DNA of 64,000 nt from Halocafeteria seosinensis (GCA_001687465.1 LVLI01000295.1:1-64000); one strand, 5' to 3'. Counted from the first letter of the stretch, positions 10,034-23,920 are shown. The notes: generated from the letters alone by a model not told the origin. Translations and numbers: made by a program.

Positions 10034-11111
10034 ATGCGCAAATTTGGTACGTCTTCGAGCTTAACAATTTCTCTGGAAATATTAGCGTGACTAATTTGTG
10101 GAGTTTGTTGCGCAGCTGTTATCAACTGCGAAGATGCCCCGAAGTGGGACGGAGCGGAGAACTTGCTGATAGAGCCTTTTAGGGATGGTGTATTTAATGG
10201 TTACAAGTTCATGGACGATGATTTCATAGCGACTGGAGAGAAGGAATCATGGGAGACTTTTTGCGTGGCTGCTGGTGACAAGCTTCCTTCCCTAGACGAG
10301 GCGAAGAACTATGACGGATTTGTCTTGACAGGTTCCCACTACAGTGCCACTCAAGACGACGAGTGGATCCTGACCTTAGCACGATGGTTAAAGGACATAA
10401 CGCAAATAAGTCAACAAAGTAATGTAAAGCGACCCCGAATACTTGCGATATGTTTTGGGGCTCAAATTACTGCTCGGGCGTTAGGAGGTGAAGCTGCGAA
10501 GAACCCTTCGGGGAGAATGGTTACGAAGGTATGCCTTTCTGTCAGAGTCTCGTTTGCCTTCCGCGTTATTGCTTTACGTTCGATGCTCACAGGCGGAGAA
10601 AATTTTTCCTACCGAAGCATTTTTTCAGATGAGCTATGCTAGAGATATCCTCAAGAGGGACGAGGAAAGGGGCGTGAAGGTGTGTCCTTCCGGCAAAGCT
10701 ACTTTCAGCAAAACAGGGACGGTTATACCTGAAGCGGATTGCTCAACCAAAGGTTTTTTCAGAATACTAGAGAGTCACGGAGATTGTGTTAACGCCTTAC
10801 CGCCCCAGGCAGAGTTATTGGCATACAGTGACAGTGCTAAGTGTGAAATATTTCGATGGAAGGACTCTGTCTTAGCCTGCCAGAGTCATCCGGAGTTCAC
10901 TGACGATGTAATGCGAGAGAAGATATACCCTGACGAAAGAGGATGGTTGGATCAACAAGAAACGGAAGAATATCACGCTAGTCTGCAACTTGAACGGCAC
11001 AATTTGCCGCTGCTGAAGGTAAGGACCCGTCCTTTCCTTTAGAAAATGACAAGCTAATATTGACTGTATATATGTTCATTGCAGATAATGTGGCGATTCC
11101 TCAAAGGGTAG
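10034..11111 (+). CDS. Class I glutamine amidotransferase-like protein (gamma-glutamyl peptidase type), 3 introns
   Basis: YDGFVLTGS, ICFGAQ nucleophile elbow, ESHGD and QSHPE motifs. Confidence 0.88.
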
Positions 11112-11193
11112 ATGATTAGGCTAACAAGTTATGCAAGCTGACACTACCATTACATATCATTCGAATTGCGTGGCTTCCTTTGAAAGGCGTCAA

Positions 11194-12119
11194 TTATTTC
11201 AGTGATGCGCGGCCCCCACTCTTCCCACTGCTCGTGTTATTCTGGCTTTCGAGCGCACGGAACTCTTGTATCAGTTCCGAAATGTTCACTACTAAAGGTT
11301 GTAGAATATACGGATTGCGATCAACCATGGCTCGGTATTCTTCAAAGTCTATATAACCATCACGATTCTGATCCACTTGTTCGAAAGTAGACTCTACCAT
11401 TTTCTGTACATCAGAGGGCGCGAAATGCAATCCATTCTCATCAAGGCAACCTTGTAATAGCCGCCGAAGATCTTCCGATGAAATTTTCCCGTCTCCATTG
11501 GAATCGTAGATGTTGAACGTGACTGCAAACCAAAACAGAGTGTACCGCGATTGCTGTGACTACTCGACACACGACGACTTGACATACAATTCAACTTTTG
11601 CTCATGTGTTCCATGAGGAGTTAACTTGGAGAACCCTCTGATAAATTCCGGAAAGTTCACGTATCCGTCACCATTTTCATCGAACAGATGAAAGATCCTC
11701 TCGACGAACAAAGACGATTGCCCATCAGAAAACCCAAGAGCACGTTGAAATTCTCTGCAACATGAACGGAGAATATATATATCCTACGACTCCATCTACA
11801 CACGCTCCTTCAATGTGTCAACATACGTTTGGTTGATTAAGACATCATTTGTGTCACTGGCTCGCATAGCCATGAATTGCGCGTACAGCATTTCGATTTC
11901 ATCACGTTCCACTGGATACCAAAAGAGCGCGTAACACCACACGTTGAACCTTTATAGCGTCAACACTTTATGAAAATACAAATAAGCCAGAAGACATAAA
12001 AGAGGGAAAACAACAAAACGAAGTATTCTACCATTCAAGAACGAAATGAGCGTCAAGAGGGCTTTCTTTCCGTTGCCGTTGCGCAAAAATCTTTTCCCAC
12101 CCCGCCAGTTGTTTCCCAT
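11194..12119 (-). CDS. Calcineurin B-like / NCS-type EF-hand calcium sensor
   Basis: EF-hands DENGDGYVNFPE, DSNGDGKISSED and DQNRDGYIDFEE, plus EFQRALG...LFVERIFHLFD. The inferred start MGNNW is a possible myristoylation site. Confidence 0.85.
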
Positions 12120-13062
12120 GTTTCTTCCGTCACATTGCCGTTAAAGAGAGAAGGAAATGAGACAAATAGGAAGGAGGGTACTTACACTGGCACATGGACT
12201 GATATTCACGCAGGTCCCGCTCTTTGAGAGCGCCTTTCCCGTGTTTGTTTCCCATCTTGTCGTCACTAAAGGGAGAGGGTTTCCGTGGGATATCTCTTCG
12301 TCAGAACTCAACAGAGAGCAATCGGATGTGTATGCCTGGCGAAGTGGAACCAGCGAGGGGATGTGGTTGAGTCAAGGTCAATCCTATAGGGATGTAGGGT
12401 GTAATGCGTGCGCTATTCAGGGGAGCACATCTCATGAGCGGCTTGGTTTGCCCAGCTTCAAGGTTATCAAGGCGTCAATCTTTTCGGCGGCTTTACTGAG
12501 GAAGGTGTCTGTCCTCTAGCCACGCACTTCCCCGAGTATGTTGCTTTTGTTTACGACAAAAGTAGTGGAAAGAAGACCGCAGACTGCTATAGTCTAGTCA
12601 TAACTTGTTTAGGTAAGTGTTAACACTCGTTCGCGATCGTCTCCGACTCCAGGAAGGATAGGGTCTCCCGAAAAGGAAAGCAAGCGACGTGGTGGAAAAT
12701 GAAAAATGTGTGGCCACTGTTATGACCTCCGAATGGTGTGTAGAGTGATGCTGGAGAGGATAACTATCCGAAGGGGTGGCTTTCTATTCCAGAAAGAGTC
12801 GTTTGGGTGTATGCTCTCTCTGGGGTGGTGGAGTAGGTTCCTCAGGGTAGCCAATGGGGGAAGCGTCAGGGTCCCCGAGGATCCCTATCCTTTTTGTCGT
12901 TTCTCGGGGCTTTCGTCCAGATGGCACACGTTGATAGCATGACTTCGCACCTTGTGTTCGGATAGCAAATGTTCTGAGGGTAATCGATGGGGTATTTACC
13001 CTTGTTGTCATTAACGTCATTGTTGTCTTACGCGCGCAGAGTTTGACAGCGTAAAGGTTAAG

Positions 13063-13479
13063 ATGCCCAAGAAGCGCCGAAATGGTGGGAGAAGTCGCCA
13101 CGGGCGAGGTGTAACACACCTCGTCGATTGTGGCCATTGCCGCTGCAAACCAGCAAAGGTAGGGTGGAAATCTAATTTACTGAACTGTTTTCGTTCTCCT
13201 TCACGTAAGTGTGTTGTGTGTGTTGTATTGCAGGACAAAGCTATTAAGCGATTCACTGTTCGCAACATCGTGGACTCTGGAGCCATGAACGATTTAAAGA
13301 TTGCATGTGCATATGAATCTTACCAGCTACCTAAGCTTTACAACAAGAACTACTACTGTGTATCTTGCGCTGTTCATAGCCGCGTTGTCAGAGTGCGTAG
13401 CCGCGAAGCTCGCCGCAACCGTGAACCACCTAAATTCCGCCGCCGCCGCGAGGAAGGAGCCGGAAAGAAACAGTCGTAA
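13063..13479 (+). CDS. RPS26: 40S ribosomal protein S26 (eS26), intron 13159-13233
   Basis: [16 protein letters not shown]...[18 protein letters not shown]...[20 protein letters not shown]. Confidence 0.97.
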   Translation: MPKKRRNGGRSRHGRGVTHLVDCGHCRCKPAKVGWKSNLLNCFRSPSRKCVVCVVLQDKAIKRFTVRNIVDSGAMNDLKIACAYESYQLPKLYNKNYYCVSCAVHSRVVRVRSREARRNREPPKFRRRREEGAGKKQS

Positions 13480-13917
13480 ATAAGTGCTACTCACCTGATG
13501 AACCCACTTTTGATTTTGGAGGGGTCATCATGTTTTGGCTACTCAGTGCAAGAGGCATTCCCTCATGTATGTGGGGATGGGAACTAGTAGCTCTTTCCAG
13601 AGAAGATGCATCTCGGGGACCCAAGAAACCAAATATACCTAATTCCACAAGAACAAAACAGTGCTTAACATACCTTGTTTCCAATTTGTGTTGATGAAGT
13701 TTTGCGCTAACTTGGTTAATAGCCTTCGATGATTAGCGTGTGCAGCGGCTCAAGCGCACTCTTCTTGTGGACCAACTCCGGTAGACTAGCGACTTGTAGC
13801 GAGTTTCAAATTGGATTGTTTTCTGATTGGACACATGCATAAGCAACTAAGAAAGGGACCCAACAGTTTCTATTCAACTTTTCGCCTATACTCTCTTGCT
13901 TTTGCCACTCAGCCACA

Positions 13918-16450
13918 ATGAGTACACGTCGAAGCAGCCGCCAGAGAGGGGAGCCAACCGAGCTCCAGAGCCTCCCCGAGAATGATGAGGTGGAAGAAGA
14001 GGAAGAAGAAGAAGAGTTTGAGGATGAGGAGGAGGACGATGAGGAAGAGGACGAATCAGAGGAGGACGAAGAGGAAGAGGAGGAGGAACAAGAAGAGCAA
14101 CAACAAGAGCAGCGGCAGGAGGAGGAAAAGGTAAATCCTGGCTCAGTTCGTTTCCTGTGATCCCTCGAACATATTTTCGCGTTTATTGTCTACAGCAGCA
14201 AGTCGGTAAAAAACGAAAATCGGCATCTCAAGACGATGAGGATAATCAAGCTGAGAATTCTGGCCAGAGAACGCGCAAGTCTGCTCGTGCCGCGTCTAGT
14301 GGAAGTGAAAATGCCACCACCACTAAAGAGGACGGAAAGGAGGAAGACATCTTTGATAATGAGAGCGAGGACGAAGAAGACGGCGATGCTTTAGATGATG
14401 GGGATGATGAAAATCTCGTTGGGGATGAAGAAGACCGAGCTAGATTGGAACAGATGACTGAAATTGAGCGTGAGGAAGAGCTTTACCGCCGACACGAACA
14501 GCGCCAGAAAAAGAAGGAGCACAAAAGGATGCTCCAACAACTCGAACGGAATAAACTTCAAGCGCAACAGGAAAAGCAGAAACGAGAAAAGCAGCAACGA
14601 GGTCGTCGATCTACATCGAGAAAGGAAGAAACGGAGGTAGCTGAAGCAGAGGAAGCAGCCGACCGTGCAGTTCAGCCGACCTCAGCTAGAGCAGAACAGC
14701 ATCCAGAGGATGTAGCACCTAAAGGTGAGCAGCAGGAAGACGTAAATGACCATCACCAACAAACATCACAGGAGGAGAAAATCTCAGAAGGAAGCAGAGT
14801 AGCAGTTACTCAGGACGACGGCGAGGAAGAGGCTTCCGACGAAGAAGAGGCCAAAGATCACGTTGTGGCAGGCCGACGATTGAGACATCGGCAACGAAGT
14901 GGCTATGAATCATCAGATGGTGACTCAAGCGAAGAAGAAGGTGAATGGAACCAGCTCAAACGGGGCTCAAAGAAGCAAAAGAAGTCTCGGAGCAAGAAAG
15001 CGAGCAAGGGCAAGATTCCTTGGGACTCAGAAGAGGAAGAGTCTGAGGATTCCGACTCAGAGGAAGATGACGCAGGTAATGAGACAGATGAGTCGCTTTT
15101 AGATGAAGAAGAAATTCAGCGCCGGAGAGAAAGGAGAGAGTTACAATCTCGTGAAATTGATGTCGAGGATATCAGGAAGACCACGGTGTCTCGTCCCTTC
15201 TTGATTCAGCATGTTACTCAGCCCTATTTTGCAGATATAGTTAGAGGTGCTTTTATACGGATCCTGCTCCGGAAAGGCAAAAGAGGAACTTACTGTTTAG
15301 CAAGAGTTACGCGGGTATTGAAACAAGAGACCCCCTATGAAGTGGGTCAGACACAGCGACAAGTTTTCAAGAAACTGGAAGCGAAGCTTCCTGGCAGTCG
15401 TCCGATGCAATTCAAAGTAACAGATGTGCGTATTGATAGAATATAGCCTTCATTTCATTTATTAGAAAACCACGACTAAGGGTCTTTTGATTGCAGGTGT
15501 CCTCTCAAACGCCCACAAGGACTGAGTTTCATGATTGGAAGCGCGAAACCGAAAAAGCGAAGGTGGAGATGCCAACAGCGTTGTGGTGCCAAGAAAAGGC
15601 TAAGGACATAGAAGAGTGCGGGAAAAACCATGTATACAATGACTCTGAGATAGACCGGATGTGTGAGGAGAACATTGAAAGCCTGCAAATACGGGGCCTT
15701 CCGTTCATTTCAAGCCTCAGGGAAAGTATTTTCGCCAAGATCGAAGATATGCAGAACCAGCTCTACTCAGAGTATAGCATCAATGCCCGAGACATTGAAA
15801 ATCTAGACAATCTCGAAGAACTTAGTGCAGCAGAGAAGAAACGAGTGGAGCATATGCGAGACCAAATACGCCGACTTCAAAGGCGCATCCATGAACTGGA
15901 TGACGAGGAGATGAGAAGAAAAAATAATAGGACGCAAGCAGTACGGGCTCCAGTTGACGTGAATAAACTGAATGAAAAGCGCAATGCAGAAATTACACGG
16001 AAGGCACTAGCTAAGGAAGCGGCTATCAATAATGATCCCAACCTTCAAGCCCAAATCGACGCTGATCCTTTCGTCCGTAGAAGGTGTAATGCGCGAATCC
16101 TGTGGAATCTACATCCACAAACCCAGCCACCTTCCCAAGAAAGCGAGGGCACATACAATTCGAACGATAGGGAGGACACGGAGGAGAAAGAGGAGGACGA
16201 TAAGCCGGCGGAGAAATCAAATTCTACGGCTCTCTCTGCTAAAGCCCTGTCTTTTGAGGCGAGCACTGAGCACCGAAACAGACCAGAGCTTGGTGACTTA
16301 GGAAACGAAGCGGATTCGATTCTCAAAACAATTTCCAAGAAAAGGACCTCTGCAACCAGTAACCGCGGGTCTGCATCAACAGCGGCTAAACCCACAGGGA
16401 AGAAACTTACGCTATCAGAATACCGCGCGAGGAAAGGGCAAACCGCCTAA
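13918..16450 (+). CDS. RTF1: RTF1-like Plus3-domain protein (PAF1 complex), 2 introns
   Basis: Acidic N-terminus, EDRARLEQMTEIEREEELYRR, Plus3 region PYFADIVRGAFIRI...YCLARV, and DPFVRRRC motif. Confidence 0.85.
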
Positions 16451-16460
16451 CCGCCTTGCT

Positions 16461-18716
16461 TCATATTTTCAACCAAGCGGGCTTCCCTTTGGAACTACTC
16501 GACGACACCTGCTCTGACGCTCGACGGTTGGAAGACATGCTCGATGAAGAGGTGGCCTCTTGCTCCGAGCTCGTTTCAGTAGCATCTCCGCTGTCAATAC
16601 TCTGACCTTTAGCAAACTTCGGTGCAACGTAGTCTTCCGTTGCTAGCAACTCTTGAGATACTAGACTATGTGTGTCAGATGGCATAGAATCCCTATCTTT
16701 CGGTGAAAACAAAATTACTGCAGCAGGTTGCAGACCAGCATCTTCAAGGGTACTTTTTCCGTCTAGTACTTGCCGCGGTGGCGAGACGACCAGCTCAAAA
16801 TCGGGAAGGGGATATTCACCTCCGCCACAACTTTCTTCCACCCAGTGCTTGACATCAGTTACAGTTTCTTGAGGAGAGAAAATGCCTTGCAATGTACACC
16901 CATCTGGGAAAAACACCCTAATTATTGTCCATGCATAAACCTTCTGTTTCTTCAGACTCTCTGCTTCTCGCATTGCTGAGGTCCGTAATGTATCGCCCCC
17001 GGAAATTTCTTTTTCCCTGCGCTTCTGGTAGCCAAAGAGCAGGGCGGACTCGGAAGGTCCTCCGTGACTACTTTGATAACTGCTTTGAAGCTTAGGTGCC
17101 ATGTTTTTCTCAAAAACTACGGTCTCTCTTGGAGGGGGGTTGTCTTTGGAAAACGGAAGGCTCTGCCGTAAAGCTTTAAGCTTCTCTCGCGCATTTTGAG
17201 CGGATCTGTCCGAGTCTGTGAGAGAGTCCCTATCGTCAGTCTTTCCTGGAAGAGGTTGAAACCTAGTCACGTTCGACTGAAAGGGATCAAATTCCTGGCT
17301 GGATTCCGCGCCCTTCTCTTTAATGCGTCGGTATGACTCTGGATCCGGAGCCGAAGGAGGTCGGATATCAAACTGGGGGGCAAAACCCTCGATGGTCTTA
17401 CGAATAGCCATGATATTATCTACATCTTCTGCTTCAATGCTCAACGTCAGCGTTGCTCCTGACTGTGCGCTCTCGACACGATGGAACCCCGCAAGTTGCA
17501 ATATCTTGAGGGCACCCTCAAAGCGAGTAACATGATCAGCAATTTTAGGGTTGTCTAACTTCAAAGTGCGCACTTTTTCATTGAGTGGTTTTGCCACCAC
17601 ATTATCCAGTATTTTAAGCAATATTTCGAGAGTCCTGGCTGTGTCGCTGGAGAAGCTATCTTGCTGGATTTCCCGGAACGCCCGCTCAACGGCGTTTGGG
17701 AGGCTCTCGGGCGATTTAGCACGCCCCTCCATGTTAACATCTTCCTCGGCGTCGGAGGCTTTAAACTTGACGGTATTAGCCCCATATTGTTCACGTTCTT
17801 CAGAAGAAGGGGTCTCCGTGGATTCCTGCTCAAAAGACACGCGAAAGGAAGCGGACACTCCCGGTTTTATACCAATGTCTGCAGCTCATTACGCAGAGAA
17901 GAAGCATGTAGGCGGTAGTTCTCAGGGGACTCTGCAAAAGACTTACCAGAAAACCGTTTCGATAAATCATCTCCTTGCAAGATGCTCCGCAAGAATACTA
18001 ATTTCGCTGTCTCCAAGCGGGCACTTTGAGGAATACACCCTTCCTCTTGTATGTCCTTTAGTGTATCGAAAAAGGTCCTTGAAGTATCAACAGTCCGCTG
18101 TAGACGTCATTATACAAATCCTCAATCACTATCGCGTACATGCAACATTATACGTACAATCAACCTTCCTGACGGCAATTGGAATGCTACTTTGACGCTA
18201 TTGCTGTTTCGTGGCAAGTTATCTGCTTTTTCATGAGCTCCATCCCCAGCTGATCGCTTTTGGGGGATACTTGACCTGCTAGATGCCGAAGATGAGGCGG
18301 CCGCCGCGCCAGCACTCGCAGAAGCTCTGCTGGGTGTGGTCTTCTGAACGACTTCGAACGGGACGTTCGGAGGAAAATCCGAAAATCGAATAGGGTTGTA
18401 TAGCTGTGAATTACTCAGAGGCTTATTTCGCATCAGAACATCAAACTCTGAAGGCTGCGTGCACGCGTGATACAAATACAGTATAGAGGGTCCAGAAACG
18501 ATGTGAAAGACCTACCTCCAACTCATGTTCTTGGCAAAACTCAGAGAAGATTTCATGCTGCAGACGACAAAAGTGGTAAGACGTTAATACTCGTATAAGT
18601 ACGTTCAAACGGATGCAAAAAGCAAGGAAAGCCATGATACGTACCAGAGTCTTCATAGGCGTCTTGTCCACTGGGTAGTGGAATCGTTGTCCACGATATA
18701 CGAAAGTCACTTTCAT
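16461..18716 (-). CDS. TUG/ASPSCR1-like p97 adaptor: two ubiquitin-like regions, PUB domain and UBX domain, 4 introns
   Basis: N-terminal UBL-like exons (PIRFSDFPPN; VKVAFQLPSGRL), PUB (LLKILDNVVAKPLNEKVRTLKLDN...LQLAGF), UBX (TIIRVFFPDGCTLQGIFSPQETV...SPP) and C-terminal KPAWLK. Confidence 0.8.
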
Positions 18717-19018
18717 TTTTGCGGGCTTTTCCACATCCAAACTACAGATAACTTACAATTAAACCCCTCCAGGCTGGTACTCATACAATCCAGCGCTTTG
18801 TCAGTGAAAATTGTCAGGGGGCATACATAGTAGCTTTTATACTTCAACTTCTTCACAGAAAGTGAACTTCGTGAAGTGGGAATCGTCATAGGAAATGAAA
18901 TGCAACTGCAATTATGAGGGGTGCCACTAGAAGATCCCAGACGGTACGTTGAGAGAAACTACATTGGTCTATTATTGGGTGGGTGGGGTAGCTAGTTACA
19001 GCGAGTCTTCCACGCTGA

Positions 19019-21023
19019 TCATGCTGGCCCGGCGGATCGATGGGGATGTGCTAAATCATTAGCTACTGTAACGAAGGAGGCTACTAGTGAAATACCTCCA
19101 AACAATAACACGATCATCGCAGGCAACAGGCTTTTCCAGGCGTCCTTTTGTTCATCCTTCGGATTCCTCCATGGCAGAAGCCTATAACGAGTCGTTTTCA
19201 AGTGAAGCGAAGCAGGCATTATGAAACCTGTAGCGTGAGTGCTTACATCAAATGAAACTTTAAACTCTGCTAAAAAAAAAACCAGTGTCCATGATTACGT
19301 ACCAATAATTGTAGCGGATAGACCACCCGTGAGTTCTAGTACAACGCCGAGATCGGTCACTGCCAGTGCTATGCCAAGACTGGTAACCCACAGTGCCACA
19401 CAAACGATATAGTGCCGCTTGTCGCTTATAGGAGCTTTCTTGGGATCTATCAAAGAATGAATGCATTGCCTAGCAACAAATATCTCAAGGGGGTCTGGGG
19501 TAGGCACAGTGGAGCAATTTTCGGATTGGTAGAGCAGGGAACCAAATAACAGATGTATAGCACGTACAAGTCAATATCATCGTGAGAGCATACGCTAGAC
19601 GGGTGATGTTCACCAATACATCATCCGGCGCAAAGTTGTTAAGAACATTGGCCTCTGTTTTATCCCAAAAGATCCCGTACGCTGTCACTGAAAGTGTTAG
19701 AGAAGCTGCTGTCGCAATAAGAACACTTATGTGTGTGGTTTTCGCCCAACGTTGCTCCGTAGGATTCTGCATATGTTCTCCTCACGGTACACGTGAGGTT
19801 CTCTATATGGAGAAGAGGGCTAAAACATACCTTCAATGAGCGAAATACAAAAAAACTGCTATGATGGCAGATGAACGCGAAGCTGACGACACCGACTGCA
19901 GGGAAAAATTTCTTTCTAATGACATCAACTTTTCGTTCGTCCGCAGGTTGTGTTTCTGCCTCGCCAACTCCCGTAATCGCCCGAATAATTACTACTGAAA
20001 TTATCCAAAAAACAGCAAGTAGGGATAACCCGGAAGATCTCGCCAGTCTTGACATATTTTTTACCACACTTAGAGGTAAGACAGGCATGAAAGCAACTAC
20101 GGCAATTACTGCTCGTCTCCTGGAAGCAGACTCTCCGTGGGCGACCCACGAACTGAACGCCGCATCGACCGTATCACCGATTATTATGAGGTAGGCAATC
20201 TGCATTCTCGAAGCCTTACATTACATGGAAGGATACGTGCAACGCTGTCGACACCGCTTACCATAGCACCGTAAGCGAATACGAACATCGACAATGTGAC
20301 AACAAAGAAGCCTTTCTTCCCGAAAGCAAAGTAGCAAAGCTCTTCGTAAGTCCGCCGGTTGACACGCACTCCGATACCTACCATGAGCCGGGTACTATAA
20401 TCAGCGATAAAACCTACAATGACTATCAGAATCACTCCTGAAATAACGCCTGCTTCTCTGAGGGCAAAGGGTAAACCTATGATACCTGCACCAATAATTG
20501 AATTCACGTAGTTAGTAGACGCTCCGGAGATACCACTTGTAGGTCCATGCTGGGTTACTTCAGGCTCTTCGGCAGAACCCGTAGAGGCGTCATCGGAAAA
20601 GTACTCTAACTCCTCATCATAGCTGGAGGTTTTCGGTCTTAGTTTGTTTGTTCCGGATTCAAGTGCTAGACTTCCCATAGGATTCTGAGCCTTACTGCGA
20701 CTAAGAAGCTTCCCATGCTCGTCTTTGGAAGACTTTGAGGACGATTCGGAATAGAAGTTACCGTGCACAGATGGCAGTTCCACATCTACTTGGCCATTGT
20801 GAACTCCACGGCCATTTTGACTCCCTGAGTGCCCCTCTACAACGCTGGTGTCCGTACCGACGGGAGTAGAATCCTCCTCTTCCCATCTTTGCGCTCCATA
20901 TTGCTGATTCCGAGCTGCGTGTTCTTGCGATGGTTGTTCTAGGGGAACTTCCTCATCACTGGATGAGAGATCCTCTCTGTAAGTCTCTTCTCGGGTCTTG
21001 GAAGAGCGGGGTATGTACTCCAT
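19019..21023 (-). CDS. SLC38/AVT-family amino acid transporter (SLC38A11-like), 4 introns
   Basis: NYVNSIIGAGIIGLPFAL, YLIIIGDT, FAFICHHSSF, NVLNNF and DLGVVLELTGG. Confidence 0.92.
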
Positions 21024-21455
21024 CTCCTCTCGATTTTGGGGAGCAGTTTGTCAAATAACACAGTCAATTGTTTCCTCGAGGCGTCGGTCACTGTAGATCC
21101 AATCCGAGTTAGCCCGCCGTTGTCTGTCTAGTAACCATGCTTCTTCCCGACACGACCAGTAAGTCGAAAGTAGTTCGTGCCCACTTGACTGACCACAATG
21201 TCAATGAAACCTACAACAACATTACTACGAATTTGCAATCTTACATATTGTCGGAATGCATGCACAATTCCGGTGTCCTAGAGCTTGGGCGTCTATCTTT
21301 TGTTTCACTTCTCCTCCAAGTCATCGACTTCCAGTTGGTACAGGTACGCCTATACATGCCGGGACTGGAAACAGTTTGACGTATCTCTTTTGTTTGTTCA
21401 TGGATATGCTGCTCAAGCTGTCGTTGTGGTGGTGAAAGTGCCTGTTTTTGCAGCA

Positions 21456-23920
21456 ATGCCCGAGTACCTCTTCCACTACAGGTGGATTCACCTGGACTTT
21501 ATCCTCCCCGAACTGCACAGTCTACTGCGGCTCTTTCTCGGGACAGATCCTACTCAGAATGGAAATTTGGGTAGCGAGGAGTACAAGATAGAGTTCCGTA
21601 AGATAGACAGAGAATTCGCCCCAAAGCTTCAGCCAGGAGGTAATGCAAATGCAGCGGGGAATTCACAGTGTGAAGATGCGTCGAGGAACCAAACACCCCA
21701 CGCTACGGGAAGCAATGGTGGTACAACCAACATGAGTAACTTGATGCCACATGGCAGTATTGCTTCAAAGTACACTGTGGATGGAGATGAAGAACTATCG
21801 GATAAAGCATGTGAGACCGTCGCGGAAATTGTTAACTGGTATGTGACACTGCGAGTGGGTGGAGTGAACGTTCTCGACCTATTAGAAGGGGGACTAAAGT
21901 GCAGGGAGGAATGTGACTTAGCTTCTAGTCCTTTTATTGTAGTCAATCTGCCCAATGATCGTATGGCAGAGAGGATAGCGCAGAGGTCGGTTCTACTGAA
22001 GAACATTTATCGCCGAATCGCAACTGGTAACTCGTTGCAAGAGACAGGATCGCAAGCCATGCAAGCGATGGCAGACCAAAGTGAAACAAAGGTGCGTACT
22101 GAGTGCTACAACTACACTACGCAGCTTTACGAGCGACATGACCGCATAATCACTGCAGAAAGACTGTACATTTGCGGTTAAAGTAGATGCGTTTGGCGCA
22201 CGGGTCCCGCATACGACGCAGGAGTACTGCAGACAATTTTTCGAAGGAGCAGTACCAGAAAGTAAGCGCATAAATGATAGAATATTGTGATAGAATAATT
22301 GCAGCACGCTGGGTACTCTTATTGGAAACAGTTGGTGAAGTCAACTTGAAGAGCCCAGAGTATGTGTTCTATATACTAATTGAACCTGGTACCAATACGC
22401 AAGCAGCGATGGACACTTTAAAATTTCCACGGAAAGTTCACTATGGTCGACATATTGCGAGAGGAGGATTTAGTCAAGTACGATTCATGAATTTATTTAT
22501 CTCAATATCTTCGGTTCATTCCAATGGGTTGTCATTCCAGGGAAATCAACTAGATCTAAAAAAGCGTGCGTATCTGGGTCCCACCTCTTTGGAAGCTGAA
22601 CTTTCCTTGCTGATGGCCAATCAGGGATTGGTACGTCAAAAGAAATTACAATTTCGCTTAATGTACGTTAAAGACTTCGTTTTTATTCTCACATGCTTGT
22701 GCAGGCTTGTGGCAGTTCGCTCATCATGGACCCTTTCGCGGGAACTGGCTCATTGCTGGTGTCTTGCTCATTGTTCGGAGCACACACCCTAGGAAGCGAT
22801 ATCGACAGTCGAGTGTTTCGTGGGAAGCAAAGGCGCAATGTACAAAGCAATTTTGATCAGTTATCACTAGGCATTGCTGAACTAATTAGGAGTGACAATG
22901 CTAACCCTCCTTTGACTAACACGGCAACGTTTGACGCAATTGTGACAGATCCACCGTACGGCGTTCGGGCTGGTGCAAAACGGAGTATTTCTTCCTCCGA
23001 TCAACAAGGAAGACATGATAAAGAAACATCGGATGAAAAACTTGCCACAAGGATTGCCAAAACAGAGCATTACGAGCCAGATGATGTTATGGATGACTTA
23101 CTGGATTTTGCGGCAAGAACGTTGGTAAGTGAGGATTGTAAACCTGTGCTATTTCACTCCGTGATTTTGCTCACTCCGTCCGCTGCAGAAAATGTATGGA
23201 AGGCTCGTTTACTTGTTTCCAACAACATACGCGTTTCGCCATGAAGAGCTTCCGATACACCCATGCTTGCAGTATGTTTGCGACAGTGAGCAACAGCTAA
23301 AGTCAAAACTTGCCAGACGATGCGTAACAATGGAAAAAGTCAGTGAGTATGATATTGGTCGAAGAGATTCTTATCGTGCTGCCGCGAGAGCCTATAGAGA
23401 TAAGAACGGCACATGGTGCAAAGACTTAGAAGAAAGAATGAAACGGTTGCTGGACGAGGAGGACGATATTCTCCGACAGACTGACCTGAAGCCGTACTTG
23501 GAAGAACGAGCGCAACCTGATCCGCATAGTCCATCTTGTACCGTAGTATCCCCATCTCCATACTCGGGAGTAAAAACACCGGCGGTTGTGACGGATTTTA
23601 GCCAAATCAGCAAGAGGCATCGGCGTAGGCTGGCCCGAAAACAACGAAGGCTGGAACGAAAAGGGAATGAGGAACAAGGTGAGGATGTACCAAATGGACC
23701 CTCGAAACGGGATGAAAGGAGATCAAAACTCCCCCAAAAGAAAGGAGGTAACAAAGTTGGTCAGGAGAAGTTTGATAAGAGGAGTGAAGGCGAAGTAAAG
23801 ATTCTTGGGGCGAAGTTACAGGGGCGCATGGAGGACGCTGCTCGCTTGCTCCAAGCTGAGGGTGAGCTCCCCGCTGGCAGACTGGAAGACATCGACCGAC
23901 GTCCTTGGGTAGAGTTTTGA
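21456..23920 (+). CDS. TRMT11: tRNA (guanine-10-N2)-methyltransferase, several introns
   Basis: HLDFILPEL, IAQRSVLLK, LDLKKRAYLGPTSLEAELSLLMAN, DPFAGTGS, GSDID, FDAIVTDPPYGVRAG and GRLVYLFP. Confidence 0.93.

Noticed and set aside
12157..13060. ORFs and a CCCCGAG/CTCGGGG hairpin in the CBL-RPS26 gap as a gene or structured RNA
   Set aside because: No recognisable protein motifs or RNase P/MRP/snRNA signatures. A single 7-bp stem is not significant.
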